NCBI GenBank assembly: GCA_045837725.1 | Contig: JBEWZL010000096.1 | Span: 62,001 to 126,000 of the forward strand | From: Vermamoeba vermiformis | Taxonomy: Eukaryota | Reading direction: 5' to 3' | DNA length: 64,000 bases | In this document: piece after piece, positions 13,268 to 26,952 of the stretch | Layout: each line of letters starts with the position of its first letter | Numbering within the stretch: position 1 is the stretch's first letter | Notes under the pieces: model-generated | Seen by the model: the letters and a program-made list of their open reading frames with translations, nothing else | Told to the model about the DNA's origin: nothing | Database searches by the model: none | Position numbers and translations under genes: made by a program

Positions 13268-14294
13268 ATGGAGAAGAAAACAGGCTCCTCATATTCATTT
13301 CGAGATAATTATAACACCTTTGGGGTTGGTGGCTATTACACACAGTTTGGTGACACGTACAGGTAACTAAGATCTTGATCCCAAATCCACCACAGAGATT
13401 TTTATTCGTCCTAACTATAATTTTCCTCGTTATACTAATTAAGAATAAACCAACTTACCATACTGTTTCAATTTTTAAATAATGTCGAGTATTTGAATTC
13501 AAATAAAATTCTTATTTTCTTACCAGAAACCCACACGAATATGATATCAACTCGGCTATGAAAGAAGCATTTTATAAACGATGGTTACAATACTTTGATT
13601 GGAAAAAACCCAAAAGGTAGCTTGATAAAGGAGAGCTTGCCGTGATCCTGTTCTCAGGACTCATACCGTTTATTAGGATATACGATTTGGCTTGTGGAAG
13701 TGGAGAAGTCACGTTATTTTTCGATAAATTAGGCAAAGCTCTCACTGAAGCAGAAAAAGTACCTGAAGATCACATTACCACCGAAGCAACGGATCCCTAC
13801 ACTTACAAGTACGCACCCCTATAACAAATATTCGCGTTTATATGTCTTTCCGATATTAATATGGTCATAGAGCGTTTGAAGAGCGAGTAGGAAGGCCAGC
13901 AGAACAAATTTCATTCGAAGACATTGAAAACGGCAAACTATGGTGCGTTAAACACCATTTTAATAATTTTATTATGAATAACTGATTTACTATGCCACTA
14001 GGGGTCGTAGATATGACATGATTATTTCTAGCTTCGCGATGCATTTGATCGATGAAACAAGGCTATTATCCACGTGCAATCAGATGTCCTTCGTCGCGGA
14101 TTATCTCGTCATTATTTCTCCGCACAAAAAACCCGATATTAACGAAGCAATGGGCTGGACACTAAAGTACGCCTTAATAATACATTCTTATCATTCGGTA
14201 GCAGGCTTACTCACGTTGATCTTTTAGGGATGAATTTGTGCATGAACGAATTCACATGAGGCTATATGAATCATTGTATAAAGAAACATTTTAA
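13268..14294 (+). CDS. Small class I SAM-dependent methyltransferase-like protein, multi-exon
   Basis: Spliced product: GVGGYYTQFGDTYR|NPHE, motif I IYDLACGSGEVT, ATDPYT, YDMIISSFAMHL, LVIISPHKKPDI. Confidence 0.75.
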
Positions 14295-14538
14295 CGCTCA
14301 GCTTGTTCGGGATCAGGAAAAGATCTTTTGCCCCTTTAACTGTGCCCTCTAATACTGACCTCGATAATAACAATATACTCCTCATTGGGTTCACTTTGGT
14401 ATGGTTACGTGGACTTCGTTCGAAATAGCCTAATTATTTTGCTCGTCAAATTTTGTGCGCCAATGAATTTTCTCTGTTCGTGAGCGAATTCATTTTGTTC
14501 GGCGTTCAGTAGTTAATAAAGCACCAAATAGATTAAAA

Positions 14539-16693
14539 ATGTTCTTTGGAGGAGGTAAGCCGCCACTTTCTTGCCAGATTGAGATCCAGCCCGCTGATAT
14601 TTTTTCTATCTAAAGACGAGGTCGGTGCCTTAGTAATTGATGTTGGTCATTCAAGTACACGAGGAGGATATGCTGGTGAAGATACACCCAAGTCTGTCTT
14701 TCCATCGGTAAGCGCCACACAGAAAAACAAATAATAAATAAAATTTCGTCGCTCAACGAGCGACTTTAAATATTTAAAAATATTTTTAAATATGCACAAT
14801 AACGATTGTGTGTTTATATGCTCCTATAATTTTGAAATAATGCTTTCTAGTATTTTAAAAAAATTTATCGATAATTAATAACGCGGATTCTGAACCGCAG
14901 ATTGCTGGAGTGATCTATTCTAAAGGCAAAGAAGGAAATGTTGGTGAAGGTCCAATGGCTATTGATGACGAATCTGATAAACCTGTCAATCTCAATGCAC
15001 CACAAGACGATCGAATTATTTACACGGGCGACAATGTCAAATTAAGACGAGATAATATGGAGATGGTTAGCCCGTTTGAGAGTGGATTAGGTAAAAATAA
15101 CAACACTATCGTATTATTTTAATATGCCAAAAAATTTGATCCTTAACTCGCGCGCGATCCACACTTCAGTGCGGAAATTTTACATTACATAAAACTGGAT
15201 ATGTCCACACTATTATAAACCTTACTAAGACCGCCTCCATTTAGTGTCTGACTGGGATATTATCGAAAACCTATGGCGTCATACATATTTTGACCGCCTC
15301 CGAGTGGATCCCAAAGAACACCCGGTCGTACTTTCAGAACCGTCATACAACACTACAGAACAACGAGAAAAAATGGCTGAACTTATTTTCGAGAAATTTG
15401 AAGTGCCTGCAATGTTCATTTCTAAGAGCGCTGTTCTCACTGCGTTTGCTTCGGGCAAAGGCACAGCGTTAGTTATTGACTCTGGCAGCGGCATGACTGT
15501 TGCTGCCCCCGTGCACGAGGGCTATGTTTTGCAACGAGGTACGTGCCTTATAATAGCACTTTACACTCCGAAATAACACGTGCTAATTGGGCCCTGTTTA
15601 GCCATTGTCAAATCACCGCTTGCCGGTGATGAGCTGACTCAAGCATTCGAGAAGATGATGATCGAGAAGGGCGTTGAATTCAGACCAAGTTATTCATTCA
15701 CGAAGAAAGAGGCTCGTCCCGGTGATTATCAAATTACACCGAAGAACTTGCCAAACACGACACAAAGCTACCACAGATATATGACACATGAACTCGTGCA
15801 AGACTTCAAAGAGTCAGTGTGCAGAACATACGAAGCTACTTATGACGAAAAGTAAGTGGATCAAAGTGACACGTGATCCGACGGATTTAGTACCGACCTA
15901 ACTCGTCTATTCAGAATACTATCGACTATGGCCACTGCATCATATGAACTACCAGACGCTAAAATCATCGATGTTGGCTCTGAACGATACAGAATACCCG
16001 AAGCCATGTTCAACCCGACCATTATTGAGGTGAGTGTTACACGCAAATTTTTCAACTATGGAAACACTTTTAATATGATTATGCACCCGCCTTCGTAACC
16101 TACTCGGCACCTAGTAACACAATGTACTTACTCATTGGAAACAGGATCGATTCTATTCTCAGCCCAACATCCCTAAAACTGGTCTCGCGCACATGATCCA
16201 CACTTGCGTGTCAAACTGCGACAGTGACTTGCTCATTCGCAAGGACTCACTCGTTAGCAATGTGCTCGTCACTGGTGGCAATACATTGTACCCCAGCTTC
16301 ACTGAAAGATTGCAGACTGAATTGAACGTCATGTCGCCGCACGGATCGGTACGTAGCTCACTTGACCCGACTAAATACTCTTTAGATTTAATTTACACGT
16401 GCGCACGTGCACATTCATTAGTTATATTAAATTTAGATATGGTGACTATTTTTCCAGGCACTAATAAAATTTTTAGAACATGAGATACAAAGTCGTTGTT
16501 GCCCCGACGAACGTAGAACGAAAATACAGGTACCTATCGTGTTTATAAATATAATTCGCATATTTAACGATGAAATAGTGCTTGGATTGGTGGTTCTATC
16601 CTCGCATCGCTTGGTACCTTCCAGCAAATCTGGGTTTCGAAGCAAGAGTACGAAGAACATGGAAAGAGCATCGTAGAACGAAAGTGCCCGTAA
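14539..16693 (+). CDS. ARP4: Actin-related protein 4 (Arp4/BAF53/ACTL6)
   Basis: [16 protein letters not shown]...[23 protein letters not shown]-terminus [26 protein letters not shown]...VERKCP, diagnostic of Arp4. Confidence 0.93.
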
Positions 16694-16759
16694 GATATGT
16701 GTTTGTGATCGTATCTGAGATAAACAAAACAAGTTTATACGACGGAAAATGAAATTTTT

Positions 16760-16814
16760 TTTCCCGCGTTAATTCAAAATCGACGTAACGGCTATTTTTT
16801 TAAACGTTTCCCGC
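16760..16814 (+). promoter_or_regulatory. Two E2F-consensus sites (TTTCCCGC) upstream of kinesin-14
   Basis: TTTCCCGC at 16760-16767 and 16807-16814, about 95-150 bp before the ATG at 16908. Matches the TTTSSCGC consensus. Confidence 0.5.
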
Positions 16815-16907
16815 CTCACTTCCAAAACGGTTGTTTCGTAACGAAATCAATTAATTGTTCGTTCTTGGACTCGATACCACTATCAATAATCGACAACTAA
16901 CTTTAAT

Positions 16908-19622
16908 ATGACAGATTTAAATAAGGTAAGGAGTTTTTTCGGATGCATCTGCTCCGTGCCGTCAATAAGACATTACAATACAAATGATAATATTATTTTA
17001 CATAAATTATTAAAGTTAAATAATAAACATCGTGTTTAATAATATTATGGCCTCTGGTTATTGTCCATAATTAATAATTAAAATCAAAAAGGAAAACGCG
17101 AATCCCAACTCGCTCGCAGCTGGCATCGGTTTGAAGAGAAAACGTGAAGACGATCCTTTTGTTAAAGTTGCAAAGCCTACTTTATCAGCTCAAAACCGCG
17201 TAGCTGCTACTTTGAAAACTGCAGCTCCATCTGCTGCAGCCAAGAAACCCACGACCACCTTGGCCAAGTCCGGTACTATTACTCGTACCACTACTGCCAC
17301 AAAACCAACTGTCGGGTATGTAGATACACTAGTCAATTTAGAATCAAATTTAATCAAGATCGTAGAGCTACTGCACGATCAACAGCCACAAAGCCTTCTC
17401 TTGCTTCTACTGCCACCGAGCGCAGAACTACTCTCGTCGCGGGATCTACTGCTCGCCCTGGTTGGGACGTTAAGGTAAACAATGGATTCCGACAATTGAA
17501 GCAATCTTTTTCAAATCTGAATCCGCGGAATGGTTCTAACTCGGTTGCTTATTAGGGTCGTCTTCAAGATGTTGAAGGTGCATATCTTGAAATGATGGAA
17601 CAGCTTAAGCGTAACAATCAGATCGTTGAGGCTTTGCAAAAGAAATTGAACGAAAGCGAGCAAACAGGTACGCAAGATCTCAGTGCTCAGGAGCTAAAAC
17701 AAATTGCTAATAATATATTATCTATAGTTCAGGTCGTTAGTGTTCAAAAACAGAGCTTGGAAGGCAACTTGTCGCAATTCCACAAGGAGGTCGAGCAATC
17801 CAACGAACGTAACAGAGAACTGCTCAGAGTCATCGATACTATGGACAGCCAGCACAAAATGGAGATTGAGAACTGGCGTATGAAGACCAACTTGTTACAA
17901 AGCAAGCTCGACACCACCGAAATTAACCTCAGATCCGCTCAAAGCGAAGCTGCTGGTTTGAGAGTAAGTTCTTCAAAAAAATCAGCAAAAGCTTAGAACG
18001 TCCGCTAATAATCAACTCATAGTCACAACTCGCTATTGCCGAAGAAAAGAATGCGGATCTGTCTCGTCAATGCGAAGACTTGAAGAACAAGCTCGAACGA
18101 TCCGAAAAGCTGTCAGAAGAGCGTCGCTTGAAGATTAACGACTTGGAGTCTAAGATTGCCGAACAGAAAGAGAATATTAACTACTTGGAAGAGAAGTCTC
18201 GCGCCGACGAAGAGTTGCGCAAGAAGCTGCATAATGCTATTCAAGTACGTTGGATTTGAATCCGGTTTGGAGTTATGACTGTTGATCTAACATTATCATC
18301 TCTATAGGAACTCAAGGGTAACATTAGAGTATTCTGCCGTGTTAGACCTTTCCTTGGTGAAGAGAAGGCTGACGAACTTGTTAAGGTACGTTCGATCCGA
18401 ATCCGCATTCGTTTTCAAAATTCAAAAGACAAAGGACCTGACTTTCATACTAATAGTACGTCTTCCCTCGCTTGGACGACCGTCAAATGGAGATTGTTTC
18501 GTTCATGAACAAAGAAGTTACCGGATGCAAGACCGCTCCCGAGAAGAAACACAACTTCAAGTTCGACAAGGTCTTCCCGCCTACCTCTACACAAGCCGCT
18601 GTTTTCGAAGAAATTTCACAACTCGTTCAAAGCTCATTGGACGGTTACAACACATGCATTTTTGCTTACGGACAGACCGGATCAGGCAAGACTTTCACGA
18701 TGGAAGGCCCTGGTCTAAGCACTTCTCAATCGGAGTCACGTGGTATGATTGCCCGAGCCGTCGAGCAGATCTTCAACACATCATACAAGTTGAAAGAGAA
18801 GGGCTGGGAATACGACATGTTCGTCAGTTTCCTCGAGATCTACAACGAGACTTTGCGCGACTTGCTCGAGAAGCCCAAGAAGGACAGCGTGGCTGATCCC
18901 AAGAAGGACGAAAAGAAGTACGAGATCAAGCACGATGCAAACACTGGCGATACTACGGTGACCAACTTGACCACCATCAAGGTCGACGATCCTGATCGCG
19001 TGCACGATCTGCTCAAGACTGCCAACAAGAACAGAGCTGTTGGCAAAACCAACATGAACGCTCGTTCTTCTCGTTCCCACAGTGTTTTCCAAATGCGTCT
19101 GGTTGGCCGCAACACCGTTACTGGAGAAAAAGTCAACGGTTTGTTGAACTTGATCGATTTGGCTGGATCTGAACGACTTGATTCTTCTGGTGCCACTGGC
19201 GACCGTCTTACTGAGACTAAGAATATTAACAAGAGTTTGGCTTGCTTAGGCGATGTTATTGCTGCTTTGGGTAAGTTCGACTTCGGATCAAATCCGGATT
19301 TACCTGGAGTTCACCTCGAACAATTTCTAATTGCTTACTATTATAGCTAATGGCGATCCTCATATTCCTTACCGCAACTCCAAGTTAACTTACTTGTTGC
19401 AAAACTCTTTGGGCGGCAACTCCAAGACGCTGATGTTTGTAAATATTTCTCCGACTAGCGCTTCTTTGAACGAAACTTTAAGGTACGCATTAATACTATT
19501 ATAATATTAAAGCTCTATACTAATTCAATCGTATGAATAGCTCGCTGCGATTTGCTACCAAGGTCAATGCTTGCGAGATCGGTACTGCCCGCCGAGCGCA
19601 AAAGGTTGAGTTCAAAGAATAA
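16908..19622 (+). CDS. Kinesin-14 (Kar3/Ncd/KIFC1-like C-terminal motor)
   Basis: Basic tail and coiled coil, neck [24 protein letters not shown]-loop [11 protein letters not shown], switch I NARSSRSH, switch [24 protein letters not shown]. Motor domain is C-terminal. Confidence 0.95.
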
Positions 19623-19913
19623 CCGAATTAATTAGTAATATAGCTCTCTATTTATTATTTTGAATTGATGTTTAAAAGTTTTGAAGGCTATTTAAAGTCG
19701 ATTAGGCGTCTTCTTTAAACTAAAGCCATTGTACAATTACTCTAATAAAACCATTATAATCGAATAATTATCTTCTTTATATTATTCCACACGCTATATA
19801 GCTGGAATAACTAGCAGACTAAGAAATCAATCAAGCTAAGATAAGATGAACGGATGTTGAATTTACATTTCGTAACGAACTCTGTACAAATTGGAAATAA
19901 TAATGCTATCCCT

Positions 19914-21663
19914 TTACAACATTGATAATCGTAATCCTCCATCGAGACGAATCACTTCTCCGTTGAGCATAATGTTCTCAACGATAGAAAGGCAAAGCTG
20001 ACCAAATTCGCTCGGGGATCCAAGACGACGTGGGAATGGCGTCTAGCGAAATAAAATGGTTAATTAAGCTCACTATATATATGAATTTAATTATATTTAT
20101 TGGCTAATAGTATATATAAGCCGATACCAAGAGATCCGATGAAATTTCAAATTTTCTCTAGGCCCGTTTGCCAGTACTTATATACACTAACGCTAGTGTC
20201 TTATATTATATATAGTGTACCACTACGAATGCACGATGGCCAGACTGAATTGGCCGGCAATTTGTAGCGGATCAGATCCCGATTAAAAATTGTATTTTTC
20301 GATTTCAACATACAAATACCGTATTATTAGATGGACCACTGTCCTTATTTGTGGAAGCCTATATGGGGATACATAAAATTAAATGCCTGAGATTGAATTT
20401 AAGCAATTCAATTTCGTCCCAGCGGATCTGCGCCACGAATCTCTTGGTAACAGCCGAGGCAACAAAAATTGAGCTATATAAATAGCATATATACATAGTA
20501 AATATCTTATATGGATATAGTTACCGTATTAATGATCTGTTGTTGCGCTGCATCCGGCAATAAATTGAACAAGGGAGTTGCTGAAAAGAAAATACATCAG
20601 AACGCATATTCATCGACATTATATAATGTAGTAATATTAAGGATTATATATACGATGATATGATGCTATTTAACTTACAAAATACACCCGGAGCAATGGT
20701 CATAACGCGGATGCCCAAAGGAGCAAATTCTCGAGCCAAAGGCAAGGTCATTGACACAACGCCACCTTAATATACGATTAGTACTATAAATATATTATAG
20801 GTTCGTATATTAATATGACTCTGCAATTGATATTCGTTACCTTTACTGGCTGAGTAAGCAGATTGACCTTGTTGGCCTTCAAAAGCGGCAACGGATGCCG
20901 TATTAATAATAACTCCACGTTCACCTAATATGAATAGGCATTAATTAATATATGTAATAAGTACTAGCTCTATGCAGTGCTTAAGTGTCATACCGGATTC
21001 ATCTGGTTGCTGCGAGGCCATTCGTTGAGCAACGAGTCGAAGGACATTAAAAGTTCCAATTAAATTGATTTGAATGACCTGCATTATAGAGCAATATTAA
21101 ATAATGCATTTGAGGGTTGGAAAGTGAGATCCGGTGTTTTATGGAAATAATCAAATTCCCACGTCAAATAATTACCTTCGTCCAGAGTTCGAGAGGAAAC
21201 ACACCACCTTTATTTAGGACCTATAATATGGTATTAGATTAATGCAGTCACATCGTGGAGGCTACATCTGACGTACCTTGCGTGAGTATCCAACACCAGC
21301 GCAATTAATTAGTCCGTGAATATCACCGAATTTTTCTACAGCTTTATTTATAGCATTCATAACTGAGCCTATAATATAGAGTAATTAGCAAGTCATAAAT
21401 CAATTTTTAAAAAACGTAATTATTTTTGGATCAAGCACAATCTTGCGTGATTCATTAAATACACGAATAGTACCTTCATTTGTGACATCAGTGTTAACAA
21501 AAATACTCTTAGATCCGAGTTCTTCAACGAGTTTCGCCCCTTTTTCATCGTTAATGTCCAACAATACGACATTAGCCCCCTTGGCTACTAATTGCCTTGC
21601 AACAGCTTCTCCGAGGCCACTGACACCACCGGTAATTAAAAAAGTTCCGTCCTTGATGCGCAT
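19914..21663 (-). CDS. HSD17B10: 3-hydroxyacyl-CoA dehydrogenase type 2 (HSD17B10/SDR5C1-like short-chain dehydrogenase)
   Basis: [94 protein letters not shown]. Confidence 0.9.
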
Positions 21664-21790
21664 CTGTTCGTTTGGTATCAGAAAAAACCTCCGAAGAAAA
21701 GTCGGCGTGACAAAAATTGCCAAAAAAATCACAAAAAATATTTGTACTAGCGTTCGCATACACAAGACAACGGTACATTATATTATAACA

Positions 21791-22357
21791 ATGATGCGTT
21801 ACGCTGCGCTCATATTTTTATCATTTTTGTCGGTTGCTTACGGCGGATGGCTTTTCACATCTATTTGCGGTCGCCCAGAACTCGGAGGATTCGCAATTAA
21901 TGGCAACTGTGTACCTATTGATAAGAACAATACGTACTATAAGAAAATTGAATGCCTCGAAACTGGAGCAGTCGAATCTGTTTGTTGGGATCCCATGTGC
22001 GAAAATTGCAAAGAGACCGATAAGACTCGCTTGGATACCTGCGACAATGGTGTAACCGTAACGTGCTACGACGAGGATATTATCTACGAGCCTATTGTCG
22101 GCAAAAATTACGCTTTGGTGCTCACGTACCGAGATTCGAACTGCAGCTCGGTTATTATGGAAGAAGCAGCTTTTCCGACGGACATTTGCATAGCATCGCC
22201 TAGTGGAGGCTCAATGCTCATGACCTGCAACCAACAAAGCGTTATGGCAACAATTTTTGGGGATGAGCAGTGCGGCTCTCGAATGGACAGCTACACGCTT
22301 GCGGTAGGCAAATGTGACGGTATGCAACACGCCTCTTGCTACAGCAGTAAGAACTAG
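21791..22357 (+). CDS. Intronless secreted cysteine-rich protein of unknown function
   Basis: Signal peptide MMRYAALIFLSFLSVAYG followed by a domain with many Cys and an internal semi-repeat (CWDPMCENC / YRDSNCSS / FGDEQCGS). Confidence 0.75.
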   Translation: MMRYAALIFLSFLSVAYGGWLFTSICGRPELGGFAINGNCVPIDKNNTYYKKIECLETGAVESVCWDPMCENCKETDKTRLDTCDNGVTVTCYDEDIIYEPIVGKNYALVLTYRDSNCSSVIMEEAAFPTDICIASPSGGSMLMTCNQQSVMATIFGDEQCGSRMDSYTLAVGKCDGMQHASCYSSKN

Positions 22358-22505
22358 TCACCTGGATCTCTTCTCTGCTCGTTCACTGAAAATAAACGAA
22401 AATTCAACGTTTGATCTGACGTCAGGTTTTTTCGGTTTCAAACCATTTGCAATATTGGCCATTTATTGTACATATCATTATATATCACACATTAATATTT
22501 ATAAT

Positions 22506-23903
22506 ATGCTCAATCGCGGAGGAGTGATAGATTCGCGTCGTGGAGATCAATCTGCCTTACACAACAGTGATTTCGAAGATTTAAGCAGCCTATCATCTGA
22601 AGGCCTAGTAAAATATGCAAAAAAATTAGAAACGAAAATAGACACGACCCTTGAACGATATGACGAGGACGACGAGGATGGCGGAGTCTTTTTTGGCAAT
22701 TTAAGGCAAATTCAAGAATCATTAAATCAGGTACGCGTGCTATATTGATTATTCAGTAGTATCACGGTGATGTATTGTTATTTTGATTGGATCAGGAAAA
22801 ATTTTCTAATTTTCAAATAATTATTTATCTTGATTGGACAAATATCCAGCTAAATATCTCCAAAAAATATCATAATATATTTAACGCTTATTTTAATACG
22901 TATTATCGCAGTTATCAATGGTTGTGGATCAAATGAATGTCAAGGGCGTCACCGCTCATACGGTGCAATATCACAGCGAGAAGTTGCATCATTTTATGCG
23001 CACTTTTCAACGTGTAAAGGTCAGTATTAATGCAAATATATCTTATTCAAATAATTACACTTCACGCAAAGTATTCAAGTTTAATTTGGATCCGCTACAC
23101 GAATTCAAAAAATTTCTCCTTATTTATTTATTAATTATAATTTGTATAGGATAAAGTAGAAGAAAAGCGCAATAGAGAAATATTATTTGGCGATTATAAG
23201 TACGTATTATTACGAAGAAAAAATTAACCCAGGATTTTCTAAATTTCAGTCGTAGTTTGTTTAGTGCTTTAATGACATAATATTAACTACTATTATTATA
23301 GAGGCAAAGATGATTCAGAAGTATCAATTAATATGAAGCGACTGATGGACGAACGATCGTCAATTTACAATTCGTTGAACCAGGCTGACGAGACCTTAGA
23401 GTACGTACTTGACGTAATTTAACGCCAAATTATAATTATTAACGAGTATAATTGAGTATTTCATATTAACTAATCATCGATTTATGATAAACAAATGTTT
23501 TATTTAATTTTCGAAATTGAAACGTAGTTAAAAATTTTCATTCTCGGATCTTTTTCCGAAGTGGCTTTACACCTGTCAGTAATAGTACTAATCTCATTAT
23601 TGATGTATTATAGGACCGCTAATGACGTAAAACAAACACTCGTTCATGGTCGGCAAGTACTGGAAAATAGCGTCAGCAAGAAATTAACGCAAGGAATTGG
23701 TACGAAGCCAAAAATTTTCAGTTTTATTACATTAATGATAATATTGTTAATATTGATGTTGTTTAGGAGGCACTATGAGCGCTGTTAATAATATTTTTGG
23801 AGCAATCAAAAAGTTCAAGTTCAGAAATATGTTCGTGCTTGGCGGTACGATTGCATTTTGTATTTGTTTCTTATTGTGGTGGTGGATTAGTAGCTGGTCT
23901 TAA
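22506..23903 (+). CDS. Golgi Qb-SNARE, Gos1/GOSR1-like, multi-exon
   Basis: AKKLETKIDTTLERY; HTVQYHSEKLHHF; RNREILFG; LMDERSSIYNS; SNARE helix; C-terminal TM KFRNMFVLGGTIAFCICFLLWWW. Confidence 0.75.
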
Positions 23904-24107
23904 AAACACAACTGTAGTAATAAATTAATTTAAAATAAGGCTATTTGCACCAGTTTAATTTACAGAGCACAAGTCATGCAGTTTGATCTTGTTGAGGTTT
24001 TTGAAGACTTTTTAAGCAATAGAACATCCATAAAGAAGTCTACCATGTCATTATCAAAATGATTTAATACTAAAGCTACAATGCTCTTGGGCCAAATGAG
24101 TGCTAGT

Positions 24108-26419
24108 TCAGTCATCCCCTATGTTATCTTCTTTTTCTGTTTCAGCAGCAAAGTCTTCATCTCTTTCATGTGCTTTAATGTACGCCTTCTCACTTTCATC
24201 AAGTGCTGTAATCTCATCAAGGAAATCATTTTCAAGTACATCCTTCTCTTTTTCAAATGCAAACTTTTTGATGTGGTCATTAGCATATAACAAATGCTGC
24301 ACTTGTGGCTCAGTAATTGAATAGCAGTATCCAGTCTCTGAACCTGATAGTAGATGTCATTAGAGTTTGAAAAGTACCAAGTTGACTTACTATTCTTCTG
24401 AAAGAAAAGGAACCCAGTGTCATCAGGATCAAAGCCAAACTGGGTGTGAAAATGCTTGGCATCCCAAGTCCTTGTATTTTTGCAAACACTATTGTAGAGT
24501 ACATTTGAAATATGGAGCAGAACTGCAGACTAACATCAGTTTCTGCCAAATAGATAGCTTACTTTGTTGTTACCTAGGTTTGAATTACATCCATGTGCCA
24601 TACTTGCAAGTCTATAGTCAATGAATTCCTTGATCTCCTGGTTCAACTTCTTCAATGAAGCTGCAAAGATGTCATTGAGATTGTTGTCTTTTCCTTTTTG
24701 ATCTTTGGCTGTCTTGAACATTATGCCAATAAATCTCATGACATATCTGAGTCGTCCTTGTAAGTGAATTTTTGCTACTTGTATGTTTGTTTCTGATATC
24801 TTTGAAAGATCAAAGTACTTGGCCATTATTTGCATTGATTTTTCAGGCTTCACATAAGGATATGTTGCCATTGGTTGTGTTTCAAGATCAAAATAAGTTC
24901 TGTTGTTTGCTCCACCATTTTGTACAAACAAAGAAAAGTCAGTCATTTTTGTACTGGCAACCACAATTTTGCAATGGGGTGAGTGTATTGCATCCAGGGC
25001 AAGTATCTTCAGCAAGTCTCTATCAGCACTTATAGCAGTCCCCTTAATTTGGTAATCTTCAATGAGGTGAGCTTCATCAAGAGCAATCCAAAGGATATTT
25101 CCCAGATTTTTCATTTCTGCATCTATGAGGGCATCCAAATGTCCAGATAACCCAGCTACATCAAGGTTTTTAGATCTGTTTGAGGAGAAAATAAATATCG
25201 AGGCTCAGCTGCATAAAGTATTCTTACATTAAATCCAAAAGCTGTCCTTGAAGATGAATAACACTTAACATGCCACCATTGCTGCACCAGTAGAGCCATT
25301 GTGCAGGTGTTAGATCTTTGCAAACTAATGAAAGAAGTTTCATTCGAGCAAGCCAAAAAGCTTTGCAAAGTAAAGTGCATTTAGTCACAGATCTGCCCTG
25401 AAGATACAGCAGAAGTTTTTTGTATGCCATATCAACCTGTATCAATGGTTAATGGTCAATTATAGTACATACTAGGCTTGGCATCATCCAGTCTTACAAA
25501 ATCTTGACCAACTCTGCCTTGAACAATGTCACCTTGTACATACAACAAATACGAGTTTCTTCCAATGGCATTCAATATTGTGCCTAGTACAAGGACCTAA
25601 GTTTATTGGCGCCGAGTCAAGTTGGTCAGTTTATTGACTTACCTGTTTTTCCTGCACCTGACATAGCTCGTAAGATGTAAATGTCATAAGTAGGGTTTGT
25701 GGCCTCTTTTTTCATGAATTCGAAGACCGGATCTGACACTTCCTGCTCCATAAATCGGATGTCGGCACGTTTGCCATTCAGTGGATCGAACATGATGGAT
25801 TTTTTGATGAATTCATCTCCAAAAATTTGTTTGAGTTCGTCCATTCGGTCTTCTTCACTTTTCTGGAAGTTCGGCAGTTGGATCTCGTCCTTGATCTCTT
25901 GTGTCATCTTATTTATTTCTCGATCGATGGGTGCAAACGGATCTATAACAACAACATTATAATAATTCTATTTCGAAACGACGTGAGGTCCTCCCTACCT
26001 ATTTTTTGCCTTTTCGGATCTGGCTCGTGTAACTGATCAGCTTCATTTCGTTCTCGTTTTTGTCCCTGTATCGCTATTCGCTGCTTTCTTTCCTTCAAAA
26101 CCAATTTATAATCTTCGATCGAAAAGCCCACAGTGTCTAATTAATAATTTTAATTTTAGATAAATAATTAAGTTAAGCGTAAATAGTACTAACCCACAAA
26201 TATTTTGGCATTATTGTTCAAATAATTTTCTAATTTATCTTCGGTATTAATTGCGACGGGCATTTCTCCTGTGTAACCTTTTAGTTGCAAATCTGATTCA
26301 AGTGTCTGAAGTTGCAGCTGCTGTATTACCAATTTCTTTAGATTTTCCAAAAGAGGGGCTTTTATTCGGTCTGGGATGAACGCTCTGCCGTTAAATAGTA
26401 GGATTTTGTATTCTGCCAT
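24108..26419 (-). CDS. Crinkler-like protein: ubiquitin/PB1-like header plus P-loop NTPase; possibly truncated or pseudogenising
   Basis: Header MAEYKILLFNGR...LENLKKLVIQQLQL; Walker A ILRAMSGAGKT; FWLARMKLL...LTPAQWLY; Walker B WIALDEAH; LQGRLRY; ITEP, then an acidic stretch and TGA at 24108. Introns are GT-AG and appear to join in frame. Confidence 0.6.
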
Positions 26420-26952
26420 CCTCGATCAACACACAAATCAAGTGTATTCTTGTTCTTCCCCACGCCTACGACGTGTATTTGTCTTCTTTGGAAGGTCTTA
26501 GTAGTACATAACATATTGGATTGTTATTGTGTTAAATTAGTGCACGCGGTGCAAAATAGTTAAAAAAACGCGCGTAAACAAAATTATTATCGCTTTGTAA
26601 ACGACGAATCATCTCGCACGATTCACTTAAGAATGGTATTGTTGGTGTTGTTTTTTGAGAAAGTATAATCTAGATATTCAATCTTCATTTCAACGCAAAG
26701 CAAGCGAGGAACCCGCTGTTAGAACGTTTTTAAGGAACGAAATAGCATTTACAGATGAGGATTTGACCCAACCAGCGGTAAAAGTTCCAAAAGCGAATTT
26801 CGATCTTCCTCGGATTATTTTAATTCATATGGAAGTTTGCGCTGTCGTGGTTGTTCAATTCAATCGGGGATTGCAAAAAAAGGATAAAATTTTCCTGATT
26901 ACAACACAACTTACTTCAAGATACTGTGCAAACGACAATATTTTATTAAAAA

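Noticed and set aside
21443-21790. N-terminal 116 aa of the 304-aa ORF 21443..22357
   Set aside because: It is the antisense of HSD17B10 exon 1 plus the 127-bp divergent promoter. The credible start is the ATG at 21791, before a signal peptide.
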